64,000 nt of DNA from positions 33,000-96,999 of the forward strand of contig PHEY01000006.1 of NCBI GenBank assembly GCA_002841335.1, in the 5' to 3' direction. Both the position numbers and the translations under genes were made by a program. Below the pieces are notes generated by a model that saw nothing but the letters and a program-made list of their open reading frames with translations, did not search any database and was not told the DNA's origin. Positions 48,873 through 59,600 of the stretch are shown here, piece by piece (position 1 is the stretch's first letter; every line of letters starts with the position of its first letter). Source of the stretch: Actinobacteria bacterium HGW-Actinobacteria-2 (lineage in GTDB: Bacteria > Actinomycetota > Actinomycetes > Propionibacteriales > Propionibacteriaceae).

Positions 48873-50491
48873 GCGGCAGTCGATTCCAGTACCAGCCGGG
48901 CGTAGCGGTGGCTGTCGTTCACGAGCGCATCGCCGTCCTGTTGGATGCCGCACCGGACGACCCGGTGGTGACGCGGGTGAGTGACCTCGTCCTAGCCGGG
49001 GCCGGCGTCGATGACGTCCTGGACGCCCTGGTCACCAGCGGACTGAAGAGTCTGGTCGATTTCGGAGCTTTCGAGGTACGTTCCGACGGTGTGCGGTTGG
49101 TGGTGCGTGGACGGGTGCGCGGCAGCGTCGGAACGCTGAACGGCGTAGCCGCCGAGCGCACCATGTGGCACGACAGCTGGCAGCCGGGCCAAGGCTCCGC
49201 CGCGCTCGCGTTGGCCGACGCTGCCGAGGGGCCCACCCTTCCGGTCGGCTCGGGAGCGGTGCTGGCGGCGATGGTCAGCTTCGCCGATGCGGCCGCGCCG
49301 GTCGTCCCGTCCGCTGAGGTTGCGCCGGACGAGGTGCCCACCCCAGCAGCCGTGGTCGAGGTCGTCGCGGCCCCCGCCGCCCCGTCCGTGGAGCCGGTGG
49401 CTGAGCCCGAGCCCGAAGCTGCGCCGGTCGTAGCTGCGCCGGTCGTAGCTGCGCCGGTCGAAGCTGCGCCGGTCGAAGCTGCGCCGGTCGAAGCTGCGCC
49501 GGTCGAAGCTGCGCCGGTCGACGAAGCGCCCGCCGCCGGTGTCGACTTCGCGCTCCTGTTCGGCGCCACCCAGCGTCCGCCGTCGCTCCCGGAAGAGCCC
49601 GAAGCTGAAGCCGAGCCCGAATCCGAACCCGAGGCGGCGGCCGAGCCTGAGCCCGAGGTGGGCGGCGCTCAGCCCCGCGACCCGTCGGCCACCATGGCGA
49701 CGCCGCTGACCATCCCGCCGGAGGATCTGCCTGAGCGTCCCGCGCCCAACGTCGCGGACGCGCCGGCACCCTCGGCGGGACTGATCACCGGGATGCCGTG
49801 GCTCACCGGAGCCGCCGATTCCACCCCGGCGCCGGCGCCCACCCCGGCCCCGCGCGCTCCGACCGAGCCCCTGGCCGTCCCCACACCGCGACCGGCAGCG
49901 GGGACCGCCTCGCCCGTGACCGTGGAACCCGCACCGGTGCCCGCCAAGCCCCCGACCGCCCCGGCCACGCCGCCGGAAGTTGCTGCGGATCGGACGATCA
50001 ACCGGGCCAGCCTGGTCGGTCGATCCGCGGTGGTGATGGTGACCGCGATCCGCTGCGCGCACGACCATTTCAACCCGCCCTATGCCGGCAAGTGCCGGGT
50101 GTGTGGCGCGCCGATGCCGCCGCAGCATCCCACCGACATTCCGCGGCCCACGCTGGGACAGTTGCGGCTGTCGACCGGCGGGGTGGTGCCCTTGGACCGT
50201 CCGGCCTTCCTGGGACGCAACCCGCAGGTGCCGGCCGGCTATGCGGCCGAGCAGCCCAATCTGGTTCGCCTTCCCGACCCTGACAAGGACGTTTCCGGTC
50301 AGCACCTGGAGGTGAGCCTCGACTACTGGAACGTGCTGGTGCGCGATCTGGGCTCCACCAACGGCACTGAGGTGATCCTGCCCGGCGAGATGCCGGTGGT
50401 GCTGCGCGCCAACGATCCGGTGATCATCGAACCCGGCACCCGGGTCGTCCTGGCCGGCACGATCAGCTTCATCTTCGAGGTGACCGCGTGA
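48869..50491 (+). CDS. FHA-domain protein with Pro/Ala/Glu-rich repeat linker and Cys/His zinc-ribbon-like element
   Basis: C-terminal FHA is LGRNP ... VSGQHLEV ... DLGSTNGTEV. CAHDH..x..CRVCG lies upstream of the FHA. ATG overlaps the phosphatase stop. Confidence 0.8.
49418..49522 (+). repeat. seven tandem copies of a 15-bp coding repeat
   Basis: GCTGCGCCGGTCGTA x2, GCTGCGCCGGTCGAA x4, GCTGCGCCGGTCGAC x1. These encode (AAPVV)2(AAPVE)4(AAPVD). Confidence 0.9.
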
Positions 50492-52017
50492 GCAAGGTCG
50501 ACAGCCATCCCGACATCGCCGGGCTGACCTATGTCGGCAAGCTCGGCAGCGGCGGGTACGCCGACGTGTTCCTCTACGACCAGGCCACCCCGCAGCGCAA
50601 GGTGGCGGTGAAGGTGCTGCGCGAGACCGGGCTGTCGGCCGGGGTGATCGCCCGGTTCACCGCCGAGGCGGACGCGATGGCCCGGCTGGAGCACCCCTTC
50701 ATCGTGCCGGTCTACAACACCGGCACCACGCTCGATCACCGTCCCTACATCGCGATGATGTACTACCCCAAGCCGAGCCTGGCCGAGCGGGCGCGGTCGG
50801 AGCGGTTCTCGGTGTCGGAGACTCTGCAGCTCGGGATTCAGCTGGGGTCGGCGGTCGAGACCGCCCACCGGTCCGGGCTGCTGCACCGCGACATCAAACC
50901 GGCCAACGTGCTCACCAGCGCCTATGGACGCCCCGGCCTGGCCGACTTCGGCATCGCCGGCGACCTGGCTCAGGCCGACGACGCGGACGTCGGGGTGTCG
51001 GTGCCGTGGTCGCCGCCGGAGACGCTCTACGCCACCTCGCCGGCCACCGTCCGCTCCGATGTGTACTCGCTGGCCGCCACCTTGTGGCACCTGCTGGTGG
51101 GGCGCTCGCCGTTCGAGATTCCCGGCGGTGACAACGCGCCGTTCGCGCTGATGAAGCGCATTCGTGACGTGCCGCCGCCCTCGACCGGACGCGCGGACGT
51201 CCCCGGTTCGCTGGATCGGTTGCTGCGAGCGGCGATGGGTAAGGATCCGGCGTTGCGTCCGGCCACGGCGATGGAGTTCGTCCGGGCGTTGCAGGCCATC
51301 GAGCAGGAGTTGCGGCTGCCGCGCACGCCGTTGGAGTTGGCCGAGGTCGAACCGCCCGAGCGTCCATCCCAGCCGTCGGTGGGGGCCGACCGGACGCAGG
51401 TGCGTTCCCCGCAGGTGATCAGCCCGGTGACCGGTCAGACGATGGCGACCGTGGTGCCGCCCGATGCGGCGATCAACGAACCCACCCGCCGGGCCAACCG
51501 TCGGGTTGCGCCGGTGGCCGCCTTCGACCCCAGCGTCGAGGGTCACACCGTGCTGCGTCCGGCCCAACAGGGAGTTCCGCAGCCTGCCCCGGAGCCGATT
51601 CCGCCCACCGGCACCGGACGTCGGCTGCTGGCGATCGGGCTGGGAGTGCTGGTGCTCGCGGTGATCGGGGCGATCGTGTGGGTGGTGGCGACCACGCCGG
51701 TGCCCGTCCGTCCCGATCCGACGCCGTCGATTACCCAGCAGGCGCCGGACATCAATGCGCCGGTGCCTGCGCCCGGCGCGCCGGTGGTCACCTGCAAGCG
51801 CCAGGGTGCCACGGTGACCTGCGAATGGACCTACAGCAATGCCCTGCCCAACGACCAGTTCGACTGGCGCCTGGCCGGAACCACCCAGACCACCTCGACC
51901 GACAAGCCGGTCGCGGTCATCAACAACGCCCCCGCCGGGGTGTGTGTCGAGGTGAAGGTGATTCGGTTCGACGGCACCAATGTGCCGGCCACGTGGACGA
52001 AAGGATGTGAAGCGTGA
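50488..52017 (+). CDS. Ser/Thr protein kinase with one TM and a small Cys-containing extracellular domain
   Basis: GSGGYADV, VAVKVL, HRDIKPANVL, DFGIA and SPPE. The TM is LLAIGLGVLVLAVIGAIVWVV. The ~100-aa ectodomain has 4 Cys. Confidence 0.9.
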   Translation: MSKVDSHPDIAGLTYVGKLGSGGYADVFLYDQATPQRKVAVKVLRETGLSAGVIARFTAEADAMARLEHPFIVPVYNTGTTLDHRPYIAMMYYPKPSLAERARSERFSVSETLQLGIQLGSAVETAHRSGLLHRDIKPANVLTSAYGRPGLADFGIAGDLAQADDADVGVSVPWSPPETLYATSPATVRSDVYSLAATLWHLLVGRSPFEIPGGDNAPFALMKRIRDVPPPSTGRADVPGSLDRLLRAAMGKDPALRPATAMEFVRALQAIEQELRLPRTPLELAEVEPPERPSQPSVGADRTQVRSPQVISPVTGQTMATVVPPDAAINEPTRRANRRVAPVAAFDPSVEGHTVLRPAQQGVPQPAPEPIPPTGTGRRLLAIGLGVLVLAVIGAIVWVVATTPVPVRPDPTPSITQQAPDINAPVPAPGAPVVTCKRQGATVTCEWTYSNALPNDQFDWRLAGTTQTTSTDKPVAVINNAPAGVCVEVKVIRFDGTNVPATWTKGCEA

Positions 52018-52712
52018 TCCCTCGAGTGACGATCGACTTCATCGGTGAGGAGTACCAGCCCGATCCCGACACCCCGTTCACCATCGGTCGTGAGGGCGAG
52101 CTGGTGCTCGATGAGGACAATGCCTTCCTGCACCGGTCGTTCCTGTCGGTGTACTTCGGCGCAGACCTGTGGTGGCTGGAGAACGTCGGTTCGCAGTTGT
52201 CGGCCACTGTCGCCGACGGCACCGGCACTTTCCAGGCGTGGTTAGCGCCCGGCGCCCGGTTGCCGCTGGTGTTTCCGTCCACGGTGGTGTGGTTCACCGC
52301 CGGTCCGACCACCTATGAGTTCGACATTCACGTCGCCAACGTCCCCTACGAGCCGTTGCCGATCACCGAAGCTGCGGACGGTCAGCTGACGCTGGGCCCG
52401 GTGACGTTGACCGGTGAGCAGAAGCTGCTGCTGGTGGCGTTGTGCGCCGACCTGCTGAGCCGACGCAAGGTCGGTGCCGGCGCGGTGCCCCAGTCGGCCG
52501 ACGTCGCCAAGCGCCTGGACTGGCCGGTGACCAAGTTCAACCGCAAGCTCGACACGATCTGCGAGAAGTTCACCGAAGCCGGCGTCGCCGGCTTGCGCGG
52601 CGGTGTCGCCGGGGCTGCGTCCAGCCGCAAGGCGCGCCTGATCGAGTACGCCATGGCCGCCCGCATCGTGACCCCCGACGACCTCGACCTGCTGCCAGAC
52701 AAGCGTCGCTGA
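52014..52712 (+). CDS. degenerate FHA-like N-terminal domain + C-terminal helical (possibly wHTH) domain protein
   Basis: GTG overlaps the kinase stop. FTIGREGELVLD...FLHRSF...LENVGSQ resembles an FHA core with altered phospho-Thr-binding residues. Function not recognised. Confidence 0.5.
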   Translation: MIPRVTIDFIGEEYQPDPDTPFTIGREGELVLDEDNAFLHRSFLSVYFGADLWWLENVGSQLSATVADGTGTFQAWLAPGARLPLVFPSTVVWFTAGPTTYEFDIHVANVPYEPLPITEAADGQLTLGPVTLTGEQKLLLVALCADLLSRRKVGAGAVPQSADVAKRLDWPVTKFNRKLDTICEKFTEAGVAGLRGGVAGAASSRKARLIEYAMAARIVTPDDLDLLPDKRR

Positions 52713-52751
52713 TCGCCGAGGACTGACCGCAGGAGAACGCCCCGGCTTGGC

Positions 52752-53831
52752 CTATGCGAGGCCGAGCCGCTCGGCGGTTGCGTGGGTGAAGAGCATGTCG
52801 CCGAAGTCGGCGCGGGCCTTGGCGATGACTTCGGGGTCGGGTTGGTCGTGGTAGGTCAACGGCCGGCTGTACCAGGGGCCGAGGTCTTTGGCCTGGACGA
52901 GGTGCAGTCGATCGTTGAGGCGCGTGGTGTTCCAGTCGTCGAGGTCATGTGCGTGGGCGAGGTGCTTGTCGGTGAGGATCTGGATCCCGCAAGGTGCCGG
53001 TGTGTACTCGTCCCAGATCTCAGGATGGCCCTCGTACTCGAAGTTGTCGTACTCATCATGCTCGGTCGCGCTGAAGTATGCCCACGAGTGGTGGTCGATC
53101 ATGGCGATGGAGAGTTGATCCAGAGGCACCGCGGTCATGGCGGTGCGGAGCTGATCCAGGTCCGAGACCCAGTCAGCGCGAGCCGGTACCAAGGACATCT
53201 CAACGAACGTAGGCATGCTCAGGGTCAGGCCGCGGAGTTCAGTCCTCTTCTTGTGGTATCCGACAGCGGAGGAGATAGTGCGGGTCTCCACCTGTTTGCG
53301 GAGCACATCCTTGCCGACCTCTGGGTCAAAGGCGAAGCCGGGCCTCAGGTTGATGTTGACCACAAATTGCCCGGAGTCTCCGGTGGCCCAGTCGACCAGG
53401 TAGTCGATGACCCGTGGGAGCAGATCGGGGTCGCCGGACCAGCCCGCTCGCCGATAGCTGCGAGGCCGGTCCTTGTAGGCAAGGAGCGCATTCCAACTCG
53501 GCAGGTTATCGATTGATCGGGACCACGCAGGGCGTCCATACGGCTTGGCGCCAGTGAGGGTGCCGGTGATACCGGCTCGCTCGAGACTGGCAGCGAGCGC
53601 TTCGATTGAGGGTCTCGCCGGTTCGGCTGGTTCGATCAGCAACAGCCAACCACCTGGCCCGCTGAACCAGCCGCCGACCGCAGGAGATTCGCCGCCTTCA
53701 TCCGGGATCAGGCTGTTCAGAAGCCCCTCCTCGACCTCAGCCTCGGTGACCAGGGCAAGGATGTTGTTCTCGCCGTGACCGCCGTTGAGCGCTCGCTGAG
53801 ATCGGGCAATGCCCTTCCAGTCAATCTCCAC
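52752..53831 (-). CDS. uncharacterised protein, paralog P1 (359 aa)
   Basis: GTG 53831 was chosen by alignment to the P2 start (V/MEIDWKGI). Collinear with 55323-56432, with long conserved blocks. No family recognised. The ORF extension to 54176 is unsupported. Confidence 0.55.
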   Translation of the reverse strand: MEIDWKGIARSQRALNGGHGENNILALVTEAEVEEGLLNSLIPDEGGESPAVGGWFSGPGGWLLLIEPAEPARPSIEALAASLERAGITGTLTGAKPYGRPAWSRSIDNLPSWNALLAYKDRPRSYRRAGWSGDPDLLPRVIDYLVDWATGDSGQFVVNINLRPGFAFDPEVGKDVLRKQVETRTISSAVGYHKKRTELRGLTLSMPTFVEMSLVPARADWVSDLDQLRTAMTAVPLDQLSIAMIDHHSWAYFSATEHDEYDNFEYEGHPEIWDEYTPAPCGIQILTDKHLAHAHDLDDWNTTRLNDRLHLVQAKDLGPWYSRPLTYHDQPDPEVIAKARADFGDMLFTHATAERLGLA

Positions 53832-54024
53832 CTGACGCCCCTTCAAGCTGCCTTTAGTGAGGATAGTGCGCTGGAAGGGCGCGGATGGTGCCTTATTGCG
53901 CACAGTGCGATTCGCCAGATGACTTTGATTCGCCGCCGATCTCGGGGGAACCGCTGGTAATAGGGCTCTTCGGTAGGAGGGCGCGATAGCGTGCGGATCG
54001 TCCACCTCAGCACGGAGGCACCCC

Positions 54025-54591
54025 ATGGATAGGCCCGGCGTTCCGCACATCCGGAGCGTGAGGCTGCGCGGCGTGCGTCGAGTGGTGGCGGCTGGAGGCG
54101 GCCTCTCGCTTGCCTTGGTGGCTGGATGTGCGGCACCGCCGCCGACGATGGCCGAGGTCTTGGATGGGCCAGGCACGGCACAGGCTCGAAACGCGGCGGT
54201 CGCTCAGGTGGAGCAGTGGTCACCCAGTTTCGGGAAGCCGGTGGTGGGGGTGGTCGCCCGCCAGACCTATACGACGTGTCGGGTGGGGCAGAACACCTGG
54301 AAGGTGAAGGACGGCTATCGGCTGCGGTGTGAGGCGCATTCGTTGGCGTATTACGGCTGGGATGGCGCGTTCGATCCCGGCCAGAAGACAGTGCAAGAGA
54401 AGATCTCGAGCCTATGTACTGTTATCGGCTTGCCGGAGCACGACATCTTTCCACCCTATGACAACGCCATAGGTGAGTTGGGAGGCGACTACTCGTGTGA
54501 CGGGGGGCTAGGGGGCGAGAACGGCGTATACGAGTGGTCGATCGATCGAGGAGACGATCGACCCGGAGACGACCTGGCTCGACAATTATGA
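54025..54591 (+). CDS. putative lipoprotein, unknown family
   Basis: Basic N-terminus, then hydrophobic core and lipobox LALVAGCA. The mature part has 6 Cys. No recognisable domain. Confidence 0.45.
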   Translation: MDRPGVPHIRSVRLRGVRRVVAAGGGLSLALVAGCAAPPPTMAEVLDGPGTAQARNAAVAQVEQWSPSFGKPVVGVVARQTYTTCRVGQNTWKVKDGYRLRCEAHSLAYYGWDGAFDPGQKTVQEKISSLCTVIGLPEHDIFPPYDNAIGELGGDYSCDGGLGGENGVYEWSIDRGDDRPGDDLARQL

Positions 54592-54840
54592 CGACTTGCG
54601 GTGGCTTTCGGGACCGCAGGGTGCCTCGCTATTGGAGAGCTTGAAAACTCGCCGGTGGCTGGTGGCAGTCGATGCGAAGGTTGTCTTCTATCGGGACGAG
54701 CCAAGTTGACCGGGCGTTCAGGATGCGCCGGAATGAGCTTGTGCAGGCAGTGTGTCCGGACTCGTAGCTGCTGCGTGTGACGCCGGGCTGCTGCGCGGAT
54801 CAGTGCCCAGCCCATCAGCTGACGAGAAGAGCGATCGCGG

Positions 54841-55326
54841 CTAGGCGGTCATCTCGAAGAACCAGTGGGTCTTGTTGGGGTCTTCGGGGAAGTAGAGAGT
54901 AGCGGTGGTGCCCGTAGAAAGTGTCTTCGTGAAGGCGTTGTCGGCGTCGGAAGTCTTTCGCCATCCGGTGGTGCGAGCGAGCTCGTAGGCTGCGGCTTGG
55001 GCTTGGGTGGCGTCACTGGTGGTCGCAGAGTCGAAGATTCGCAAGAGGATCGCGTAGTCGGTTGCGCCGACCAGGCCGGGCTGGGAGGCGTTTCGTTCGA
55101 CTCGGTCCTCCTTGACGATCCCCGGCGGGTTCCAGGTGGCCAGGGGCTCTTGCCGCAGGGCGATCAGGTCGGGGTCGTCGCCTTGGGCGCAGCCGCTCAG
55201 GGCGCCGACCGCGCCGCCAAGTGCGAGCGTCAGCGCCGCGCGACGACTCAGCGCGGGGTCTGTGCTGTGTTCGGGTTGGGTAACGACTCCCTTCCGGTAC
55301 CGCCAGCCGGAGGGTCCCGGGTTCAC
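54841..55326 (-). CDS. putative lipoprotein (Tat-like SRRAAL signal, lipobox LSGCA), unknown family
   Basis: GTG 55326 overlaps the P2 stop by 4 nt (GTGA). Confidence 0.55.
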   Translation of the reverse strand: MNPGPSGWRYRKGVVTQPEHSTDPALSRRAALTLALGGAVGALSGCAQGDDPDLIALRQEPLATWNPPGIVKEDRVERNASQPGLVGATDYAILLRIFDSATTSDATQAQAAAYELARTTGWRKTSDADNAFTKTLSTGTTATLYFPEDPNKTHWFFEMTA

Positions 55327-56432
55327 GGCTCGGCCCGTCCTGGTTTGGTCTCGATGCCGAGTCGTTGGGCGGTGGCGTGAGTGAAGAGCATGTCGCCGAA
55401 GTCTGCGCGGGCCTTGGCTTCGAACTTGTGGAGGATCTCTCGTGGGAAAACCATCGGTTGACGGTCGTACCAGGGAGCCAGGTCTTTGGCCGCGACGACG
55501 AATAGTCGGTCATTGAGCCGAGTGGTGTTCCAATCGTCGAGGTTGTGTGCACGTTCGAGGTGCTTTTCGGTGAGGATTTGTACCCCGCACGGATCTAGGA
55601 CGTACTCGTCCCAGATCTCGGGGTGGTGGAAGTAGTCCTTGCCGTTGAAGTGGACGCTCGGCGATGCCATGGTGAGGTACAAGTCGCAGTCGGTGAGCAT
55701 GGCGAAGCTGAGCTGGTCCAGCGGTGCAGACATCATGGAGTCGATGAGTTGGCCAGCATCGACGAACCCCTCGGCACGTGCGGTCTCCTGTGCCATCACC
55801 ACGTAGGTCGGCGATGTGATCTGCACGTGACGTACTCGGCTCCTTTCCTGGTGATAGCTCTTCGCGAATGTGGAGACCTCGGTCTCAGCGCGTTCGCGAA
55901 TCTCCTTCCTGCCGGCTTCATGCTGGTACGGGAGGTCCGGAACTTCGCCGAAGTCGAGCACGAGTTGCCCGGCGTCTTCGGCGGCCCAGTCGACCAGATG
56001 ATCAGCGATGCGTCCGAACAGGTCGGGATCGCCACGCCAGCCGGGTTCACCGCTCCGACCGGGCTGGGGCTGGTACATGAACAACGCCTGCCACCGCCCG
56101 CCTACGCAAAGCCGCTTCAAGCGACGGGGCGGACGGTAGCCCTTGACGCCAGTGAGAGTTCCGGTAATGCCAGCTTGTTCCAAGCTGTGCGCGAGGGCAT
56201 CGACATGACGTCTCGCCGGGTCGGACGTCTTGAACGCCAACAGCCAGCCCTCACCAGGGCCGGTGAACCACCTACCTACCGCCGGGAATCCATCATCCTC
56301 ACTGGGGACGAGGCTGGTGAGCAGTTCTTCGTCGACTTGCATCGGCGTGACCAGGGCAATGATCTTGCTCTTCTGCTTCCCGTCGGTGATAGCCAGCGCC
56401 GAGTGGGTAATGCCCTTCCAGTCGATCTCCAT
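55323..56432 (-). CDS. uncharacterised protein, paralog P2 (369 aa)
   Basis: ATG 56432 (MEIDWKGI). Shares blocks AGITGTLTG, HPEIWDEY, PCG.QILT.KHL..AH.LDDWNTTRLNDRL, AKDL.PWY and KARADFGDMLFTHATA.RLG with P1. Confidence 0.55.
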   Translation of the reverse strand: MEIDWKGITHSALAITDGKQKSKIIALVTPMQVDEELLTSLVPSEDDGFPAVGRWFTGPGEGWLLAFKTSDPARRHVDALAHSLEQAGITGTLTGVKGYRPPRRLKRLCVGGRWQALFMYQPQPGRSGEPGWRGDPDLFGRIADHLVDWAAEDAGQLVLDFGEVPDLPYQHEAGRKEIRERAETEVSTFAKSYHQERSRVRHVQITSPTYVVMAQETARAEGFVDAGQLIDSMMSAPLDQLSFAMLTDCDLYLTMASPSVHFNGKDYFHHPEIWDEYVLDPCGVQILTEKHLERAHNLDDWNTTRLNDRLFVVAAKDLAPWYDRQPMVFPREILHKFEAKARADFGDMLFTHATAQRLGIETKPGRAEP

Positions 56433-56618
56433 GCCAGTGATTCTGGGGGTGGGCCGAAACGACCGCAACCACCGGCGTCCCTGGCCGCTGCTTCGTCGAA
56501 CCCCGCTTTGGCTCGACCGTCAGCTGTTCATTCCACGTCCCGAAATCTGCGGTGTCGTCCATACGGCGGCCATCGCTATGCTCGCCAGGTGCGTGGCTGA
56601 TGAGTGATGGGTGATTGA

Positions 56619-59600
56619 GTGGGACGCAGCGGTCGATGGAAGAAATGGGTCTCCCGGGTGAGCCCGTTTCTTATTGCTGCCATCAGCATCGTGCTCATCG
56701 TCACCATCGCCTTCGGGAACGGATTCCCGTTCCGGCAACTTGATCTCAATGACACCGGCGTGTGGGTGTCCAATGATGCCGCCGGTGAGTTTGGACGTTT
56801 CAATAAGGCCGCTATCGGGATCGATACCCACCTGGCCCCACCCGGAGAGCGCATCTCGCCGTTCGCCCTGGACGTGTTCCAGGACGCCAACGCCGCCTTC
56901 GGCCTGGACTCGCGCGCGGGCCGCCTGACCCGCATCGACACTGTGCTGGGGCGCCCGATCGTCGAACAGGCGGTCGCCGTCGACGGCACCAGCACGGTCG
57001 GGTTGCGCGGCGGCACCATCGCGGTGATGGATCGCGTCGGACGCCTCTGGGCTGGACGCTACGACGCCGCCACCGGGGTCGCCGACCTCGGCGCGGTCGA
57101 TGCCACCTTGAAGCCGCTGGCCGAGCTCGGGCTGTCCGCGGACGCCCCCGCTGGCTCGGCCGCGATGACGGTGAGCCTGGACGGCTCGGTGGTCGTCGCC
57201 GGCAGCAACGGACGGCTGTTGCAGGTCGCGGCCACCCCGTCCGGTCTGCAGCCGGCCAAGATGACCGACGGTCGCCCCGCGCTGACCGCGATCGCGGTCA
57301 CTACCGTCGGCGACCAGGTGGTCACCCTGGACGCCGCCGCCGGGAAGCTGGTGCTGCCGAACGGGCACCTGATCACCATCGACGCCGATCCGGCAGCGCG
57401 ATTGCAGCAGCCCGGCCCGTCCGCGGCGACCGTCCTGGTGGCCACCGCCAAGAGCCTGCTGCGCATCGATCTGACCTCTGGCCAGATCATGCCGATCGAC
57501 ACCATGGGCGACGGCCAACCGGCCAATCCGGTCCACCTGGACGGCTGCGACTTCGCAGCCTGGGCCGGGCAGGGACGAGTGACCCGGGTGTGCGGCAATG
57601 CCGAGCCCACCGTGATGCGGGTCGCGAAAGGCCTGGTCCGGCCGGTGTTCCGGATCAACCGCGACCAGCTCGTCCTCAACGACCAAGCCGACGGACTGGT
57701 CTACGACGTCGACCTGCAGACCAGCGTCGATTGGCCGCAACCCAACCCCCAGCAGACCCAGCAGACCACCAAGGACGACCAGCCCGAGCCGGCCGAGTCC
57801 GAGCCCAAGGCGGTCGACGACGAGCTGGCCGCCCGGCCCGATCGCACCACCGTGCTGCACCTGCTCGACAACGACACCAACACCGTCACCGGCGTGCTGT
57901 CGATCCGGCAGGTGAGCCAGCCGACGCCCGCGCAGGGGGTGGCACTGCAGATCGCCCCGGACGGGCAGAGCGTGCTGCTGTCTTTCCCGGCCGCCACCGA
58001 GGCGGTGCGCTTCCGCTACACGATCACCGACGGCTCCAACACCGACGACGGCGAAGTGCTCGTGCACAACGCCGGCGACCAGGAGAACGCGCCGACGCTG
58101 CGTCCCAACTACGTCCAGCCGGCCTACGCGGTGGCCGCCTACGGCGAGTTGTCGATCCCGATCGTCACCGAGTGGCGCGACGCCGAAGGCGACCCGGTCA
58201 CGCTGCTGCGCGCCACCGACGCCGACGGGACGAGCATCCCGGTGACCTCGTCCGGACAGATCGACTACACCCCCGGCGAGGCGCGCGGCGACGCCGAGCG
58301 GGTGCTCACCTATGAGGTCACCGACGGCCGCTCCGCCCCGGTCGCCCAGTCGCTGCGGGTGCGCGTGCTGGGCACCGACTCGCTGACCGAGGTGTCGCCG
58401 GTGGCCCAGCCGGATGTCGTCCGCGGCGAAGTCGGCAAACCGATCACGATCACCCCGCTGGCCAACGACGTGCCCGGCGCCGACCCGCGCAACCTGGCCG
58501 CCCGGCTGACCATCGCCGCCGACGTGCCCGACCAGGCCAACCTGGCCGTGGCCACTGACCAGAAGCTCGGCCGGATCACCGTCATCCCGCAACGCGAAGG
58601 CCCCTACACCCTCAGCTACGCCGTCGGCTTCGGCAGCGCCTCGCAGGTCACCGGCCTGATCCGAGTGGACGCGCTGCGCGGCGAAGGCCAGCAGCCGGTG
58701 GCGATGCCCGACCAGGCGGCGATGCGCGGCCGCAACCCCGTCCTGATCGATGTGCTGGCCAACGACTACGACCCCGGCGGCAACCTGCTCAGCGTGGTGG
58801 CTGCCACTGCGGCCGATCCCGACCAGCTGCAGGTCGAGGTGATCTCCGGACGCTGGTTGCGGGTCCTGCCGCAGGCCGATCTGGTCTCACCCAACCCGCA
58901 GGCGGTGCACTACACGATCTCCAACGGCTCGCAGACCGCGACCGGTGATGCGCTGATCACCCAGCTGGACGACGGTGACGCCGACCGGGTGCTGGCCCGC
59001 AAGGATGCCGCCACCGTCCGGGTCGGCGACTCGGTGCTGATCCCGGTGCTGAACAACGACACCACCGTGTCGGGCCAGCAGCTGCACCTGGCCACTGACG
59101 GTCTGGGCAGCGGCCACGACGGCCAACTGTCGGTCTACGACCCGTCCCAGCCGACCGGCGTGGCCAGCGATGTGGGTCAGGCGTTCGTCCACGGCAACCA
59201 GGTGCGCTACGTGCCGCCGGCCACCGTGGTCGGTTCTCGGCAGGTCCGGATTCCCTACACGGTGCTGAACACCGACGGCGACGCCGCCCAGAGCGAGGCG
59301 GTGGTGACGATCAAGGCCGAACCCGACCAGGCCAACCCCGACCGGGCGCCGGTGGCCAGCGCGGTCGAGGTGCGGGTGGCCTCCGGCAGCCGCCTGGAGA
59401 TTCAGATCCAGACCTCCGGACAGGATCCCGACGGTGATTCGGTGGTGGTCGCCGGGATCGCGTCGGCGCCGAAGCTGGGCCGGGTGTTGGGTTATGGCCC
59501 GACGACGATCACCTACGAGGCGTTCCCGACCGACGGCCTGGTCGGCACCGACACTTTCGACTACATCGTCACCGACCGCTACGGACGCACCGGCACCGGC

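Noticed and set aside
54590-54709. A +1-frame reading (DDLRWLSGPQGASLLESLKTRRWLVAVDAKVVFYRDEPS) continues past the stop of lipoprotein gene 54025-54591, suggesting a frameshifted longer gene
   Set aside because: It is only 39 codons with no recognisable motif or homolog to compare by eye. It could equally be chance in a 60% GC spacer.
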